The notes: a model not told the origin generated them from the sequence alone. A stretch of DNA of 64,000 bases from Flavobacteriales bacterium (GCA_029251005.1 JAQXEE010000130.1:3328-67327); one strand, 5' to 3'. Counted from the stretch's first letter, positions 39,865 through 50,581 are shown. Program-made: numbers and translations.

Positions 39865-40014
39865 ATGAGTACAGTCAAAGATTTTTGGATGTTTATGAAA
39901 GAGCGTAAGAAGTTTTGGCTCGCTCCAGTAATTATTGTGTTTTTATTACTTGGTTTTGCAATTGCTTTTGCGAGTACTTCATCAGCTGGAGCATTTGTTT
40001 ATACTTTGTTTTAA
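39865..40014 (+). CDS. 49-aa single-TM peptide conserved downstream of carbamoyltransferases (DUF5989-like)
   Basis: MSTVKDFWMFMKERKKFWLAPVIIVFLLLGFAIAFASTSSAGAFVYTLF; not in the supplied ORF track (<60 aa); its stop overlaps the next ATG (TAATG). Confidence 0.5.
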   Translation: MSTVKDFWMFMKERKKFWLAPVIIVFLLLGFAIAFASTSSAGAFVYTLF

Positions 40015-40403
40015 TGAAACTAGATATTGATTTTCAAAAAAAAAGAATTGAGACGATATTAACGATCTCTGCTGGATTTTTTGTAATTGGAGGTTTGAAA
40101 AGTTGGAGTGCCAATGAAATAGTTTATTGGCCACTTTATGTTATTGTTCCAATATTAGTATTTGGTTTAAGCATAAAATCAGTTGGTGTTTTAATAACCA
40201 AGATTTGGTTTAAGCTTTCAGAATTGATGGGTTTTTTCTCGTCTAATATTATCCTCTCTTTGTTTTATTATCTTTTTATTACTCCTTATTCATTTATCAT
40301 TAGACTCTTTAAAAAGGATAAGTTTCGGGTCACAAAAATGAAAAGTACTTTTGTGACAAGGGATAAAGTTTATGGATCAAAAGATTTAGAGAATCCATGG
40401 TGA
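40014..40403 (+). CDS. SxtJ-like small membrane protein
   Basis: MKLDIDFQKKRIETILTISAGFFVIGGLK... two to three TM helices; partner of carbamoyltransferase clusters; the track ORF 39915-40403 is an over-extension. Confidence 0.5.
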   Translation: MKLDIDFQKKRIETILTISAGFFVIGGLKSWSANEIVYWPLYVIVPILVFGLSIKSVGVLITKIWFKLSELMGFFSSNIILSLFYYLFITPYSFIIRLFKKDKFRVTKMKSTFVTRDKVYGSKDLENPW

Positions 40404-41226
40404 TAATTTCATCAAAAAGCAAAAAGGCGAATACAAACGGTGATGCGATTAATAATCCATCAAATCTATCGAGTATGCCACCGTGACCAGGCATTATTTT
40501 ACCGGAATCTTTAACATTCATACTTCTTTTAAACAAACTTTCTGCTAAATCTCCCATAGATCCGAAAACGGATATTATTAAGCCGATAGAGGCCCATTTC
40601 CATAGAGGTAAAGTTGTGAAGAATATTCCGCAAAAAATTGCAATTCCAATCGCTAAAAGTGCTCCTCCTATACTTCCTTCCCAAGTTTTATTTGGTGATA
40701 TTCTTTCGAATAACTTATGTTTCCCGAAAGACTTTCCGGATAAATAAGCACCGGTATCATTGCTCCATAAAATAAAGTAAAAACCTAAGATTAATTCACT
40801 TGAGTATTTACCTGATGAATTACTTGGAAACATTGAATTGGATAGAATTAATAGTCCAAAAGGTAATGCAACATATATTAAAGGGAATATTGTTTGGGCA
40901 ATATTTGAAAACGGATTTGGTTTATTATTGTATAACTCAATTAATGGAGTTACAAACACTGAGAATGTCAATGCCCCAATAAAAGGAAGTGAACTTAAGC
41001 CAAGGATGGTTTCTGAAGTAAGTGCTAAAAACGTAAAAGCACTGAGGATTAATCCAAGCGGTGTATTTGGTTCGAAATCTGAATGTTTAGAGATGATACT
41101 CAAGTATTCCCAAGTTCCTATCAATACAAAGATAAAGTAAAGTCCAAATAAAGAAAACGGGCTCAGATATGTGCTGAAAATTAATACAGTCACAAATACA
41201 GAACCCGTTAATGCTCTTTTTAGCAT
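40330..41226 (-). CDS. cdsA: phosphatidate cytidylyltransferase
   Basis: C-terminal ...MPGHGGILDRFDGLLIASPFVF... CdsA signature; multiple TM segments. Confidence 0.8.
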   Translation of the reverse strand: MLKRALTGSVFVTVLIFSTYLSPFSLFGLYFIFVLIGTWEYLSIISKHSDFEPNTPLGLILSAFTFLALTSETILGLSSLPFIGALTFSVFVTPLIELYNNKPNPFSNIAQTIFPLIYVALPFGLLILSNSMFPSNSSGKYSSELILGFYFILWSNDTGAYLSGKSFGKHKLFERISPNKTWEGSIGGALLAIGIAIFCGIFFTTLPLWKWASIGLIISVFGSMGDLAESLFKRSMNVKDSGKIMPGHGGILDRFDGLLIASPFVFAFLLFDEIITMDSLNLLIHKLYPLSQKYFSFL

Positions 41227-41228
41227 AA

Positions 41229-43292
41229 TTAATCTATGCTATTTTTTGATTCACCTTCTGTACTAACGTCACTAGGTGTTTTATTCTCTGTTTTCTCAGT
41301 AGTTACAGTTTCTGAAGGATTTTCTAGTTCACTTTCTTTAGAATCATCGCTTTCAGTATTAACAACTTCAGCCTCTTCTACTTCTTTAGAACCAGGTCTT
41401 CTACCAAATATTATTTCAAGATCTTCTTTAAAGATGACCTCTTTTTCTAATAATGCTTCCGCAAGTAAGGTTAACTTTTCTTTGTTTTCCGAAAGAACTT
41501 CTTTTGCCTTAACATATGCTTCTTCAATAATTTTACTAATCTCTTGATCTATTATTTGTGCAGTAGCTTCGCTGTAAGGTTTACCAAATGAGTACTCACT
41601 TTGACCAGATGAATCGTAATAAGATATGTTTCCAATCTTATCATTTAATCCATATATAGTTACAATAGATTGAGCTTGTTTAGTAACTTTTTCTAAGTCA
41701 CTTAGCGCTCCTGTAGAAATCTCTCCAAAGATAATTTCCTCTGCAGCTCTTCCGCCAAGTGTTGCGCACATTTCGTGGAACATTTGTTCCTTCGTTGTTA
41801 TTTGACGCTCTTCTGGTAAATACCATGCAGCGCCTAGAGACTTCCCTCTTGGAACAATTGTAACTTTAATAAGTGGGGCAGCATGTTCCATCATCCAACC
41901 AACCGTAGCATGACCAGCTTCGTGAAAAGCAATAGTCTTCTTTTCTTGTGGTTTAATTATTTTATTCTTTTTCTCTAAACCTCCAATCACTCTATCAATT
42001 GCAGCTAAGAAATCATCTTTAGATACAGAACTTTTATCCTCCCTTGCTGCAAATAATGCTGCTTCATTACAAATGTTGGCTATGTCAGCTCCCGAGAAAC
42101 CAGGTGTTTGACCAGCTAAGAAATCAACTTCAACAGTATCATCTGTTTTGATGGGTTTTAAATGAACACCGAAAATTGCTTTACGTTCATTCAAGTCAGG
42201 CATATCAACATAAATTTGTCTATCGAAACGCCCTGGTCTTAATAATGCCTTGTCTAAAATATCCGCTCGGTTAGTTGCTGCCATTACAATAACTCCACTG
42301 TTAGATCCAAAACCATCCATTTCGGTAAGCATTTGGTTAAGTGTGTTTTCTCTTTCGTCGTTTGATTGTTGAGCTGGATTTTTACCTCTTGCTCTACCAA
42401 TCGCATCAATTTCATCGATAAAGATGATACAAGGCGCTTTTTCTTTTGCTTGTTTAAATAAATCACGAACTCTGGAAGCACCAACTCCAACAAACATTTC
42501 TACAAAATCTGACCCTGATAATGAGAAGAATGGAACTTTAGCTTCCCCGGCAACAGCTTTAGCTATTAATGTTTTTCCTGTTCCTGGAGGACCTACTAAT
42601 AATGCTCCTTTAGGTATTTTAGCACCTAATGCAGTATATTTTTTTGGGGTTTTTAGGAAATCTACAATTTCCATAACTTCCTCTTTTGCCTCTTCTAATC
42701 CAGCTACATCTTTAAAACTTACATCTACGTTCGTATCTTTTTCGAAAAGTTTAGCTTTCGATTTTCCAATATTGAAAATCTGACCACCAGGTCCACCACT
42801 TCCACCACCCATTCTTTTCATCATAAACATCCAAATTCCGATGATTAATCCAAAGAATAGAATGTAGCTAAGAATTCCGTCCCACATAGACGGCTGTTTA
42901 TTTTTCTCAATAATGGTGAAATTGTCCCCGTTGTCTGGTCGGTTTTTGGCAAGCTCTTTCATTTGCTCTTTCGAATCACCAGTGTCTAAAATGTCAAACT
43001 GATAATATCCTCCATTTTTTAGTTTTTGATTGTGTGGAGGTTTAGTCATTAAAGAATCAAAAATAAAAGCCTCACAATAAGCATAGTCACCTTCTTTTAT
43101 GATTACCACTTTTCTTATGTCACCATTTTCAACATACTCATAACCTTCGTCTGAGCTAATTTTAGATGGACTATTAAACATTTCAAAAAATTGAAAACTT
43201 AATATTAAACCCCCGATTACAACATAAATCCACCAAATAGGGATTATTTTAGTTGATTTTGGGCCTTTACCTGTTGGTTTTTTATCGCTCAT
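41229..43292 (-). CDS. ftsH: ATP-dependent zinc metalloprotease FtsH
   Basis: AAA+ Walker [12 protein letters not shown], and HEAGH zinc motif; start moved to [10 protein letters not shown]. Confidence 0.9.
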   Translation of the reverse strand: MSDKKPTGKGPKSTKIIPIWWIYVVIGGLILSFQFFEMFNSPSKISSDEGYEYVENGDIRKVVIIKEGDYAYCEAFIFDSLMTKPPHNQKLKNGGYYQFDILDTGDSKEQMKELAKNRPDNGDNFTIIEKNKQPSMWDGILSYILFFGLIIGIWMFMMKRMGGGSGGPGGQIFNIGKSKAKLFEKDTNVDVSFKDVAGLEEAKEEVMEIVDFLKTPKKYTALGAKIPKGALLVGPPGTGKTLIAKAVAGEAKVPFFSLSGSDFVEMFVGVGASRVRDLFKQAKEKAPCIIFIDEIDAIGRARGKNPAQQSNDERENTLNQMLTEMDGFGSNSGVIVMAATNRADILDKALLRPGRFDRQIYVDMPDLNERKAIFGVHLKPIKTDDTVEVDFLAGQTPGFSGADIANICNEAALFAAREDKSSVSKDDFLAAIDRVIGGLEKKNKIIKPQEKKTIAFHEAGHATVGWMMEHAAPLIKVTIVPRGKSLGAAWYLPEERQITTKEQMFHEMCATLGGRAAEEIIFGEISTGALSDLEKVTKQAQSIVTIYGLNDKIGNISYYDSSGQSEYSFGKPYSEATAQIIDQEISKIIEEAYVKAKEVLSENKEKLTLLAEALLEKEVIFKEDLEIIFGRRPGSKEVEEAEVVNTESDDSKESELENPSETVTTEKTENKTPSDVSTEGESKNSID

Positions 43293-43294
43293 AA

Positions 43295-43657
43295 TTAATA
43301 GTTGTCTTCTATTACAGTTGTTTCGGCATCTGCCCACAATCCTTCTATGTTATAAAAATCTCTTGCTTCTCTTTGAAATACGTGGACAACAATAGATGAG
43401 AAATCAACTAAGACCCATTCTCCATTGGTGTATCCTTCTTTTTTCCAAGCGTATTCTCCTAGTACCTCTTTTGCTTCTTTCTCTACAGAACCAGCTGTAG
43501 CAGAAACATGAGTTCGCGAAGTACCATGGCAAACAATCATGTACTTGCAAATAGCATTTTCTAAACTTGTCAGATTCAAAATATGGATATCTCTAGCCTT
43601 ATTGTTTTTTAACCCTTCTAATATAACTTCAAGTAACTTGTCTGATGGTGTATTCAC
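43295..43657 (-). CDS. rsfS: ribosome silencing factor RsfS (Iojap)
   Basis: 120 aa; DWVLVDFSSIVVHVF...DFYNIE matches RsfS; conserved position upstream of ftsH. Confidence 0.7.
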   Translation of the reverse strand: MNTPSDKLLEVILEGLKNNKARDIHILNLTSLENAICKYMIVCHGTSRTHVSATAGSVEKEAKEVLGEYAWKKEGYTNGEWVLVDFSSIVVHVFQREARDFYNIEGLWADAETTVIEDNY

Positions 43658-43759
43658 GATTCTTTTGTCTATTTTACAAGATAATATAGGCGCTAAAGTA
43701 ACTAAATTCTACCATTTAAAATGTGAAAAACATTACAAAATGGGATATTTAAATGAGGT

Positions 43760-44527
43760 GTGGAAGATTACCTTTATAAACGTATGATTTACATTGGTAA
43801 AAATAGGATTCATTATTCTGAAATTGATTCTACAAATTCGGAATTAAAAAGGATTTACTTAACTGAAGAAATTACAGAAGGAACACTTTTGACTACTAAT
43901 TTTCAATCGTCAGGGCAAGGACAAAGAGGTGAAAGTTGGGAAAGCGCTCCTGGAGCTAATTTTTTAGGGACCTATTTATTGACTCCTAATATTAATCCGA
44001 GAGAAGTGTTTGTTTTGAATATTATTGCCAGCCTTGCGGTAAAAGAGACAATAGCTGAATTAATTCAATCAGAGGTAAGTATAAAATGGCCAAATGATAT
44101 AATTGTTAATGGTGCTAAAATAGCAGGGATTTTAGTTGATAATAAAATAATTTCAAGTAAAATAGTTGCCAGCTTTATTGGGATTGGTTTAAATATTAAT
44201 CAATTAGAATTCAGTGATTTTCCTCGGTCGGCAACTTCAATAAGGAAAATAATTCATAAAAAGGTTGAAAATGAATCTGTTACTCAAAAACTGAATTTTC
44301 ATATTCAACAATTTTATTCACTGTTTAATTTAAAAGGTTTCGAAACATTAAACTTCCTTTATCATCAAAATCTTTATTTAAAAGGAGAGAGCCAATTTTA
44401 CGAAGTAGAAACGGGAACAAAGAAATTTACCCTTCAATCTGTAAATAAAGAAGGTTGTCTTCAGTTGTTTAATAATTCAGGAGAGATAGAAGTCTTCGGT
44501 ATTAAGGAGATTACTTTTTTGAAGTAG
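43760..44527 (+). CDS. birA: biotin--[acetyl-CoA-carboxylase] ligase
   Basis: QSSGQGQRGESWES (GRGRxG-like biotin-binding loop) and KWPNDI motif. Confidence 0.75.
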   Translation: MEDYLYKRMIYIGKNRIHYSEIDSTNSELKRIYLTEEITEGTLLTTNFQSSGQGQRGESWESAPGANFLGTYLLTPNINPREVFVLNIIASLAVKETIAELIQSEVSIKWPNDIIVNGAKIAGILVDNKIISSKIVASFIGIGLNINQLEFSDFPRSATSIRKIIHKKVENESVTQKLNFHIQQFYSLFNLKGFETLNFLYHQNLYLKGESQFYEVETGTKKFTLQSVNKEGCLQLFNNSGEIEVFGIKEITFLK

Positions 44528-44529
44528 GT

Positions 44530-44928
44530 TTAATTGAAGTAGGTTTCAAGGTTAAGAGAAATTGCTTTTATCCAGGTATTCATTTTTTTTTCAAGTGTAA
44601 AATCAACAACTGGAGATGTATCCGTCTCAGCATGCAGAATTATAGAGCTACCTGTTTTTTCATCACGAATATCAAATCTTATAGCAGTAGAAAACTCAAC
44701 ATCTTTTGTAGATTCAATTAATAGATAATCTTCTGTGATTTTTGAGATAACAAAATTAAAACGAGCGGCCCATTTAATGATAAAAGTGATTAAGTCACCC
44801 TCTACTTTTAAATGACGGGTTTTTTTGTATGAAATTATTTCTGCCATTTTATTTGGATCGCTTAAAAATTTAAAAAGCTCTTTAGAAGAGCTTTTTAGTT
44901 TTATTTTTTCTGTTGAAATATGTATCAT
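44530..44928 (-). CDS. hypothetical small protein (possibly SRPBCC/Bet v1-like fold)
   Basis: ORF only; start placed at MIHIST to avoid overlap with pyrE. Confidence 0.3.
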   Translation of the reverse strand: MIHISTEKIKLKSSSKELFKFLSDPNKMAEIISYKKTRHLKVEGDLITFIIKWAARFNFVISKITEDYLLIESTKDVEFSTAIRFDIRDEKTGSSIILHAETDTSPVVDFTLEKKMNTWIKAISLNLETYFN

Positions 44929-45575
44929 TAGACAGATGGTGACCAACTTGCTGGATCAAATCTCCAAGTTTTAATTAATTCTACATCATTTTCTGTAATG
45001 TATCCTGAATTTACGGCTTGTTTAACCAAGGCGTCATAATCAGATAAGGTGATTAGTTCACAATTAGCGTCTTTAAAATTGTTAAACGATAGTTGGAAGT
45101 TGTAAGTGAAAATAGCAGCCATACCTAAAACAGTAGCTCCTGTTTCTTTTAGTGCTGCTACTGCTTTTAAGCTACTTCCTCCTGTTGAAATTAAATCTTC
45201 AATAACAACAACTCTTTGCCCTGAATCTACTTTACCTTCGATAAGATTACCTAAGCCATGTGCTTTTGCTTCAGATCGAACGTATGCAAATGGAATTCCT
45301 AATTCTTCAGCAACTAATGCCCCTTGAGCTACAGCTCCTGTTGCAACGCCTACAATTACATCTGGCATTCCGTATTTTTCAACAATAGCTTTTGCTAATT
45401 CTTGACGGATGTAAGTTCTAATTGGCGGAAATGACAACGTTATACGGTTGTCACAGTAAATTGGAGATTTCCATCCAGATGCCCAAGTAAATGGAGTTTT
45501 TGGTTGTAATTTAATCGCCTTTGCTTGTAATAAATATTCTGCTACTTTTGCGGCAGTATCCAGATTCAAAATCAT
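44928..45575 (-). CDS. pyrE: orotate phosphoribosyltransferase
   Basis: 215 aa; PRPP-binding motif VVVIEDLISTGGS. Confidence 0.85.
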   Translation of the reverse strand: MILNLDTAAKVAEYLLQAKAIKLQPKTPFTWASGWKSPIYCDNRITLSFPPIRTYIRQELAKAIVEKYGMPDVIVGVATGAVAQGALVAEELGIPFAYVRSEAKAHGLGNLIEGKVDSGQRVVVIEDLISTGGSSLKAVAALKETGATVLGMAAIFTYNFQLSFNNFKDANCELITLSDYDALVKQAVNSGYITENDVELIKTWRFDPASWSPSV

Positions 45576-45576
45576 A

Positions 45577-46176
45577 GTGCAAATGTATAAAGTTTTTATT
45601 TACGACAAACCAGTTTTAATTGACAAAAAATCAAAAAAGAATGGAAGTTATGAACAGTTAAATTCAGTAGGTAATGTTGCGGATCTTATATCTATTTTGG
45701 AACATGATGAAATAGAGGGAGTTGAGATCGTTTGTGAGAATCCAAAAAAAGAATGGAAGTTATTTAAGGCATATTTTAAATTTATTATTGCTGCAGGCGG
45801 CACTGTTTTTAACGATCGTAAAGAGTTGTTGGTCATTTATCGTCTTGGTAAATGGGATTTACCAAAAGGAAAGCTTGAAAAAGATGAAGATATTCCAACA
45901 TGTGCGAAAAGAGAAGTGGAGGAAGAATGTAATGTTGATGGGTTGAAAATAATTAAAGAAGTATCTAGTACGTTTCATTGCTTTATAACTAAAAAAGGAA
46001 AGTGGGCATTGAAAAGAACATATTGGTATAAAATGGACACTCATTTTATGGGCAAATTAATACCTCAGTTAGAAGAAGGAATAGAAAAAGTTGAATGGGT
46101 TAAAAAAAATCAAATAGAAAGCTTGAAAAGGAATACTTATAAATCAATTATTGATGTTTTTGACAGTATATATTAA
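45577..46176 (+). CDS. NUDIX hydrolase
   Basis: Nudix box GKWDLPKGKLEKDEDIPTCAKREVEEECNV. Confidence 0.7.
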   Translation: MQMYKVFIYDKPVLIDKKSKKNGSYEQLNSVGNVADLISILEHDEIEGVEIVCENPKKEWKLFKAYFKFIIAAGGTVFNDRKELLVIYRLGKWDLPKGKLEKDEDIPTCAKREVEEECNVDGLKIIKEVSSTFHCFITKKGKWALKRTYWYKMDTHFMGKLIPQLEEGIEKVEWVKKNQIESLKRNTYKSIIDVFDSIY

Positions 46177-46690
46177 AGGCTACGCTGATTTTTAATAACA
46201 GTCATCTGTCTTATAGGGAAATTTTTTTTTGTCAATAAAAGGAAATAAAAAGTTGCATTATTTTTTAACTTTTTTCATTCTTTCAGGTTGGGGGTGCACT
46301 GAATTCAATGAATGTAGTACCTTCAGATAAATCATCAGGCGTTCTTTAGACTCCCCAAAATCAAACATTAGTAGTGTTTTCGTGGATTAAAGAAACATTT
46401 AAAACCTTAGGAGTCTAATTTTTTTTAAAAATTTATTGTCTTAGGCATAAGACTTAGAATGCTATGTTTTAAGGTGTTAATTATTGAATTTCAGCAATTG
46501 TGTATTACTTTGCATTATTTAAATTTATTCTCCTGCAGAGCTGCCGAAATGTCTGGTTGAGAAGGCTTTTTTGGGGTGATACGTTCGTGAGCCTCTTTTT
46601 TTTAACAATTAAAATTTATTAAAGAAATAGGTCAACAAAAAAAATAATTTTAACTGAAGCAATATTTAAGCTGCTGATAATGACAATTTA

Positions 46691-48013
46691 TTGAGTAAAG
46701 GATTCATAATGACGGTAAATCAAAATAAAGCAGTATTAGTGTTTAGCTGGATTATAATCTTGTCCTATGGTTTGGTTGCGATTTTCATCCACCCCTATGC
46801 TGATGATTTCACGTACGCCTTGAAAGGCCAATCAGCAGATTTAATTCAAACAGTCTTGAATGAACGATACATTTGGAATGGTAGGTATATCAGTAATTTT
46901 ATTTTAATATACCATCCATTAAATTGGGGAGGTATTTATGGATATAAAATAATGGCTGTGATTTTGTTGCTTTTATCTTGGTTCGGACTTTATGTTAGTT
47001 TTAGAATTGTTCAAATTAAAAAGACGTTAGTTTTATCTTCCGTTGTTTTTGTGATCATACTTTCTTCTATTCCAAACATAACCGAGGCATTTTATTGGGT
47101 TTGTGGAGCGTGGACTTATCTGCCAGCTTCAATTCTGTTGTTTTTGGTTTTTACTCATCTTTATAAAAATAACTTTACTCCTTCTAATTTGCATTCAATA
47201 CTGATCTTAGTTGGACTTTTTATTGGAAGTGGGTTGAACGAACTTTTTGCGCTAGTCAGTTTAGCTATGTTTTTTTTAAACTTTAAAATAAACTGGAGGG
47301 TTATAGGACTGATTTTTATTCAATTATTATTGTTTTATTACGTTTGGTCTGCGCCAGGTAATCATATACGATCAGGTTTGTTTACTAATAATCATCAAGT
47401 TTTTAATTCAATTAATTTGACAATTCAATATACTATTCGATTTATCGGAGAATGGTTATTGAACCCCACTTTATATCTCTTTGTGTTGTTATTAATTCGA
47501 GACGATAAAATTGAGTTGAAGTTACCTCTTTTGAAAAAATGGAAAAATATAGTTGGTTTGACATTACTTCCCATTTCTTTAGCTTGTTTTGGCCCTATTT
47601 GGAGTACTGGGATTTTGGGGCAGCATAGGACTGCTAACTTCGCGTGTTATTTGTTTTTTGGGTTCTTATTTTTTATTCTACTAGTTAATAAAAATAAAAT
47701 TCGATCAACATTTAGTTTTAATTCGAAGTTTGTCTTCCCTTTGTTCTTAATTTGCTTGTTAACGTGGAAAAATAATTACATACTATTCAAAGAGTTAAGT
47801 AGTGGGGAATTAAAAAGGATGGACGAACAGCTTACGAAACGGGAGAAGATATTAACTAATTGTAAGTTAGATAGTTGTTTTGTTCCTGTAATTATGGAGA
47901 TGACTAGTACTTTTGAGATTTACCCTTTGTTGCAAGATCCCAATCATTGGAAAAATAAATGCTATCAATTATATTTCCAGTCAGGACTAGTTCTTCCAGA
48001 TAAGCATCGATGA
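46691..48013 (+). CDS. polytopic membrane protein, possibly GT-C-like glycosyltransferase
   Basis: 440 aa, at least 10 predicted TM helices; no soluble domain. Confidence 0.45.
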   Translation: MSKGFIMTVNQNKAVLVFSWIIILSYGLVAIFIHPYADDFTYALKGQSADLIQTVLNERYIWNGRYISNFILIYHPLNWGGIYGYKIMAVILLLLSWFGLYVSFRIVQIKKTLVLSSVVFVIILSSIPNITEAFYWVCGAWTYLPASILLFLVFTHLYKNNFTPSNLHSILILVGLFIGSGLNELFALVSLAMFFLNFKINWRVIGLIFIQLLLFYYVWSAPGNHIRSGLFTNNHQVFNSINLTIQYTIRFIGEWLLNPTLYLFVLLLIRDDKIELKLPLLKKWKNIVGLTLLPISLACFGPIWSTGILGQHRTANFACYLFFGFLFFILLVNKNKIRSTFSFNSKFVFPLFLICLLTWKNNYILFKELSSGELKRMDEQLTKREKILTNCKLDSCFVPVIMEMTSTFEIYPLLQDPNHWKNKCYQLYFQSGLVLPDKHR

Positions 48014-48035
48014 TTTTGTCAAAAAATCTATTTTA

Positions 48036-48911
48036 CTATTTTCTTCTGAAAGCATCAACTATTTGTCCAATGAAACCCTTTGGATAAAGCTCATCTTTTT
48101 TAAATCCCAACTCTATTTTTTCGCCGTCACAAGGGATGAATTTAGTGTTGAAAATATAATCCCAAATAGAGAGCGTTAAACCAAAATTAACACCATCTTG
48201 GTGAGTTGTAGGCAGTGTTTTTACATGATGCCATATATGCATCTGAGGAGAATTAAACACGTACTTTAAAGGTCCGAGTGGTATGTTGATATTTGCATGG
48301 TTGAAATGACCCCAAGTGATTGTGAATAAGTGCAAATAGAAAAAATCTTCGATTCCAAACCCAATAAAAAATAGAGGTATAAAAGTAATTGATTTATAAA
48401 TGATTGATTCCATCCAATGAAACCTTAAGTGTGCAGCAAATCCCATTTGTTTTACAGAGTGATGGACTTTATGAAAACGCCATAAGAAAGGTGTTTTGTG
48501 GAGTAATCTATGTATATTCCAGTGTGTAAAGTCTTGGATTACAAGCATTAATCCGAATTGTATCCATATTGGCCATTTTATAATAGAAATAGTAAATTGA
48601 TCAATGTTTAAGAAGTGCGCCGTTCTTGAAAAAAAGAATGAAGAAAAATCTCCCAATCCTGCAAATAGAGCAAGATAGAATAGAAAGAAATTAAAATACA
48701 TGTAAAAAAAATCCAGCCAAAAATCTTTTCTGAAAATGGGTTGATTTTTTCTCCAAGGAATCACAATTTCCAAAATGAAAAAAACGATTGAGATAATCGC
48801 TAAAAACCAAAAGTAGTTTCCATATAAGGATCCTGACTCAATTGTTGCCTGCCCGATAAACCAATTAAAATAATCTGATGTAGATGAAAGGTATGTTTCT
48901 AGTACATTCAC
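48036..48911 (-). CDS. sterol desaturase / fatty acid hydroxylase family membrane protein
   Basis: Histidine boxes HWNIHRLLHK, HKVHHS, HIWHH. Confidence 0.7.
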   Translation of the reverse strand: MNVLETYLSSTSDYFNWFIGQATIESGSLYGNYFWFLAIISIVFFILEIVIPWRKNQPIFRKDFWLDFFYMYFNFFLFYLALFAGLGDFSSFFFSRTAHFLNIDQFTISIIKWPIWIQFGLMLVIQDFTHWNIHRLLHKTPFLWRFHKVHHSVKQMGFAAHLRFHWMESIIYKSITFIPLFFIGFGIEDFFYLHLFTITWGHFNHANINIPLGPLKYVFNSPQMHIWHHVKTLPTTHQDGVNFGLTLSIWDYIFNTKFIPCDGEKIELGFKKDELYPKGFIGQIVDAFRRK

Positions 48912-49084
48912 AGCATTAAATATATTTAATAAACGGTAAACCTTTTGTTAGATGAGTTACAATTTAAAAGAATATCTTTTTTTAAATAGGTGTGGTTTAG
49001 TTTTGAAACTGGTCTGTTACGCTCGAGGATTCATAGATAATATGGTGATGTCAAAATTTATTCAATAACAATCCTTAAAAAAGC

Positions 49085-49114
49085 TTTGAAAAACCAAATT
49101 TACCTTTATCTTTG
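49085..49114 (+). promoter_or_regulatory. Bacteroidota sigma-A-type promoter for the atp operon (TTTG at -33, N18, TATCTTTG at -7)
   Basis: aagcTTTGaaaaaccaaatttacctttATCTTTG read directly, about 22 nt upstream of the atpB ATG. Confidence 0.4.
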
Positions 49115-49136
49115 CACGAAATTTTAGCTATCAGAA

Positions 49137-50291
49137 ATGATGTTATACGTGAAAAATATATCGAGAATTATAACAGTTGCATTATTTGCATTGTTATCCC
49201 TTCTACCAAGTAATGCTTCTGCGACAATAGTCGAAGGGACAGTTAACTCATCTAAGGAATTAAATAATTTTATTACGCACCACGTGAAGGATGCGCATTC
49301 TTGGCATATTTGGGGTGAAAATAAAACTCAGGTTAATGCTGATGGAACAGTTAATGTTTTGTCATCTACGGCTATTCATATTGGACTTCCTGTTATTCTT
49401 ATTGATAATGGCTTGATTACAGCAAACTCCGACGACTTCAATGAGCTTAGATGGATTGAGCAAGATGGTGATACAACTTATTACGCTCAAGGGAAAATAA
49501 ACGAAACAGAATACATAATGTTTCATGAAAAGATTTATCACTTGGGTTCTGGATTAAAATTGGATGAAAAAGGTCACCCTACAAATTCCCGTCCTTTAGA
49601 CTTTTCTCTTACACAAAATGTTATGTCAATGCTGCTTTCGGTAGTGATTTTAATGTTACTCTTTTTGCCTGCTGCGAAAAAATACAAGAAGAAAGGGATT
49701 GTCTCTGCTCCAACAGGTCGTCAAAATTTCTTGGAAATTTTTGTTGTATTTGTAAGAGACGAAATAGCAAAGCCAAATATTGGTGAAAAGAAGTATGCTC
49801 GTTACATGCCATATTTGCTAACGATCTTCTTTTTTATCTGGTTAAATAACTTACTTGGTTTAGTGCCGTTTTTCCCTGGGGCATCTAATGTTTCTGGAAA
49901 TATCGCTTTCACAGCCGTACTTGCTGTAATTACTTATTTAGTTACTCAATTCTCTGGAAATAAAGATTATTGGAAACATATTTTATTGCCTCCAGTTCCA
50001 AAGGCATTGTACCCAATTATGATTCCAGTTGAGATTATTGGAACTTTAACAAAGCCATTTGCTTTAACAATTCGTTTGTTTGCAAATATTACTGCAGGTC
50101 ATATTGTTGTTTTAGCTTTTATGGGAATTATATTTTCAGCAAAAAATATTGGTTGGGCTGGATTATCAGTTCCAATGGGACTTTTTATTAGCGTGTTAGA
50201 ATTGTTAGTAGCATTCTTACAAGCGTTTATTTTTACGATGCTATCAGCTTTATTCATCGGTACTGCCGTTGAAGAGCATAGTCATCATTAA
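49137..50291 (+). CDS. atpB: F0F1 ATP synthase subunit a (with Bacteroidota-type long N-terminal extension)
   Basis: FALTIRLFANITAGHIVVLAF conserved Arg-containing helix. Confidence 0.85.
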   Translation: MMLYVKNISRIITVALFALLSLLPSNASATIVEGTVNSSKELNNFITHHVKDAHSWHIWGENKTQVNADGTVNVLSSTAIHIGLPVILIDNGLITANSDDFNELRWIEQDGDTTYYAQGKINETEYIMFHEKIYHLGSGLKLDEKGHPTNSRPLDFSLTQNVMSMLLSVVILMLLFLPAAKKYKKKGIVSAPTGRQNFLEIFVVFVRDEIAKPNIGEKKYARYMPYLLTIFFFIWLNNLLGLVPFFPGASNVSGNIAFTAVLAVITYLVTQFSGNKDYWKHILLPPVPKALYPIMIPVEIIGTLTKPFALTIRLFANITAGHIVVLAFMGIIFSAKNIGWAGLSVPMGLFISVLELLVAFLQAFIFTMLSALFIGTAVEEHSHH

Positions 50292-50303
50292 TTTGTTTAT
50301 TAA

Positions 50304-50519
<216 letters not shown>

Positions 50520-50542
50520 TCCCAGAGAAGCTCTGAAGAAAT

Positions 50543-50581
50543 AAAAAGAGATAGGTAGCGATTGGCTACCGTCTCTTTTTA
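50543..50581 (+). terminator. intra-operon hairpin/attenuator between atpE and atpF
   Basis: aaaaAGAGATAGGTAGCgattgGCTACCGTCTCTtttt stem-loop with T-run. Confidence 0.45.

Noticed and set aside
39915-40403. 162-aa ORF as given in the track
   Set aside because: Its 5' third overlaps the conserved 49-aa peptide gene in another frame. The conserved SxtJ-like protein starts at the ATG at 40014, which overlaps the peptide's stop (TAATG).
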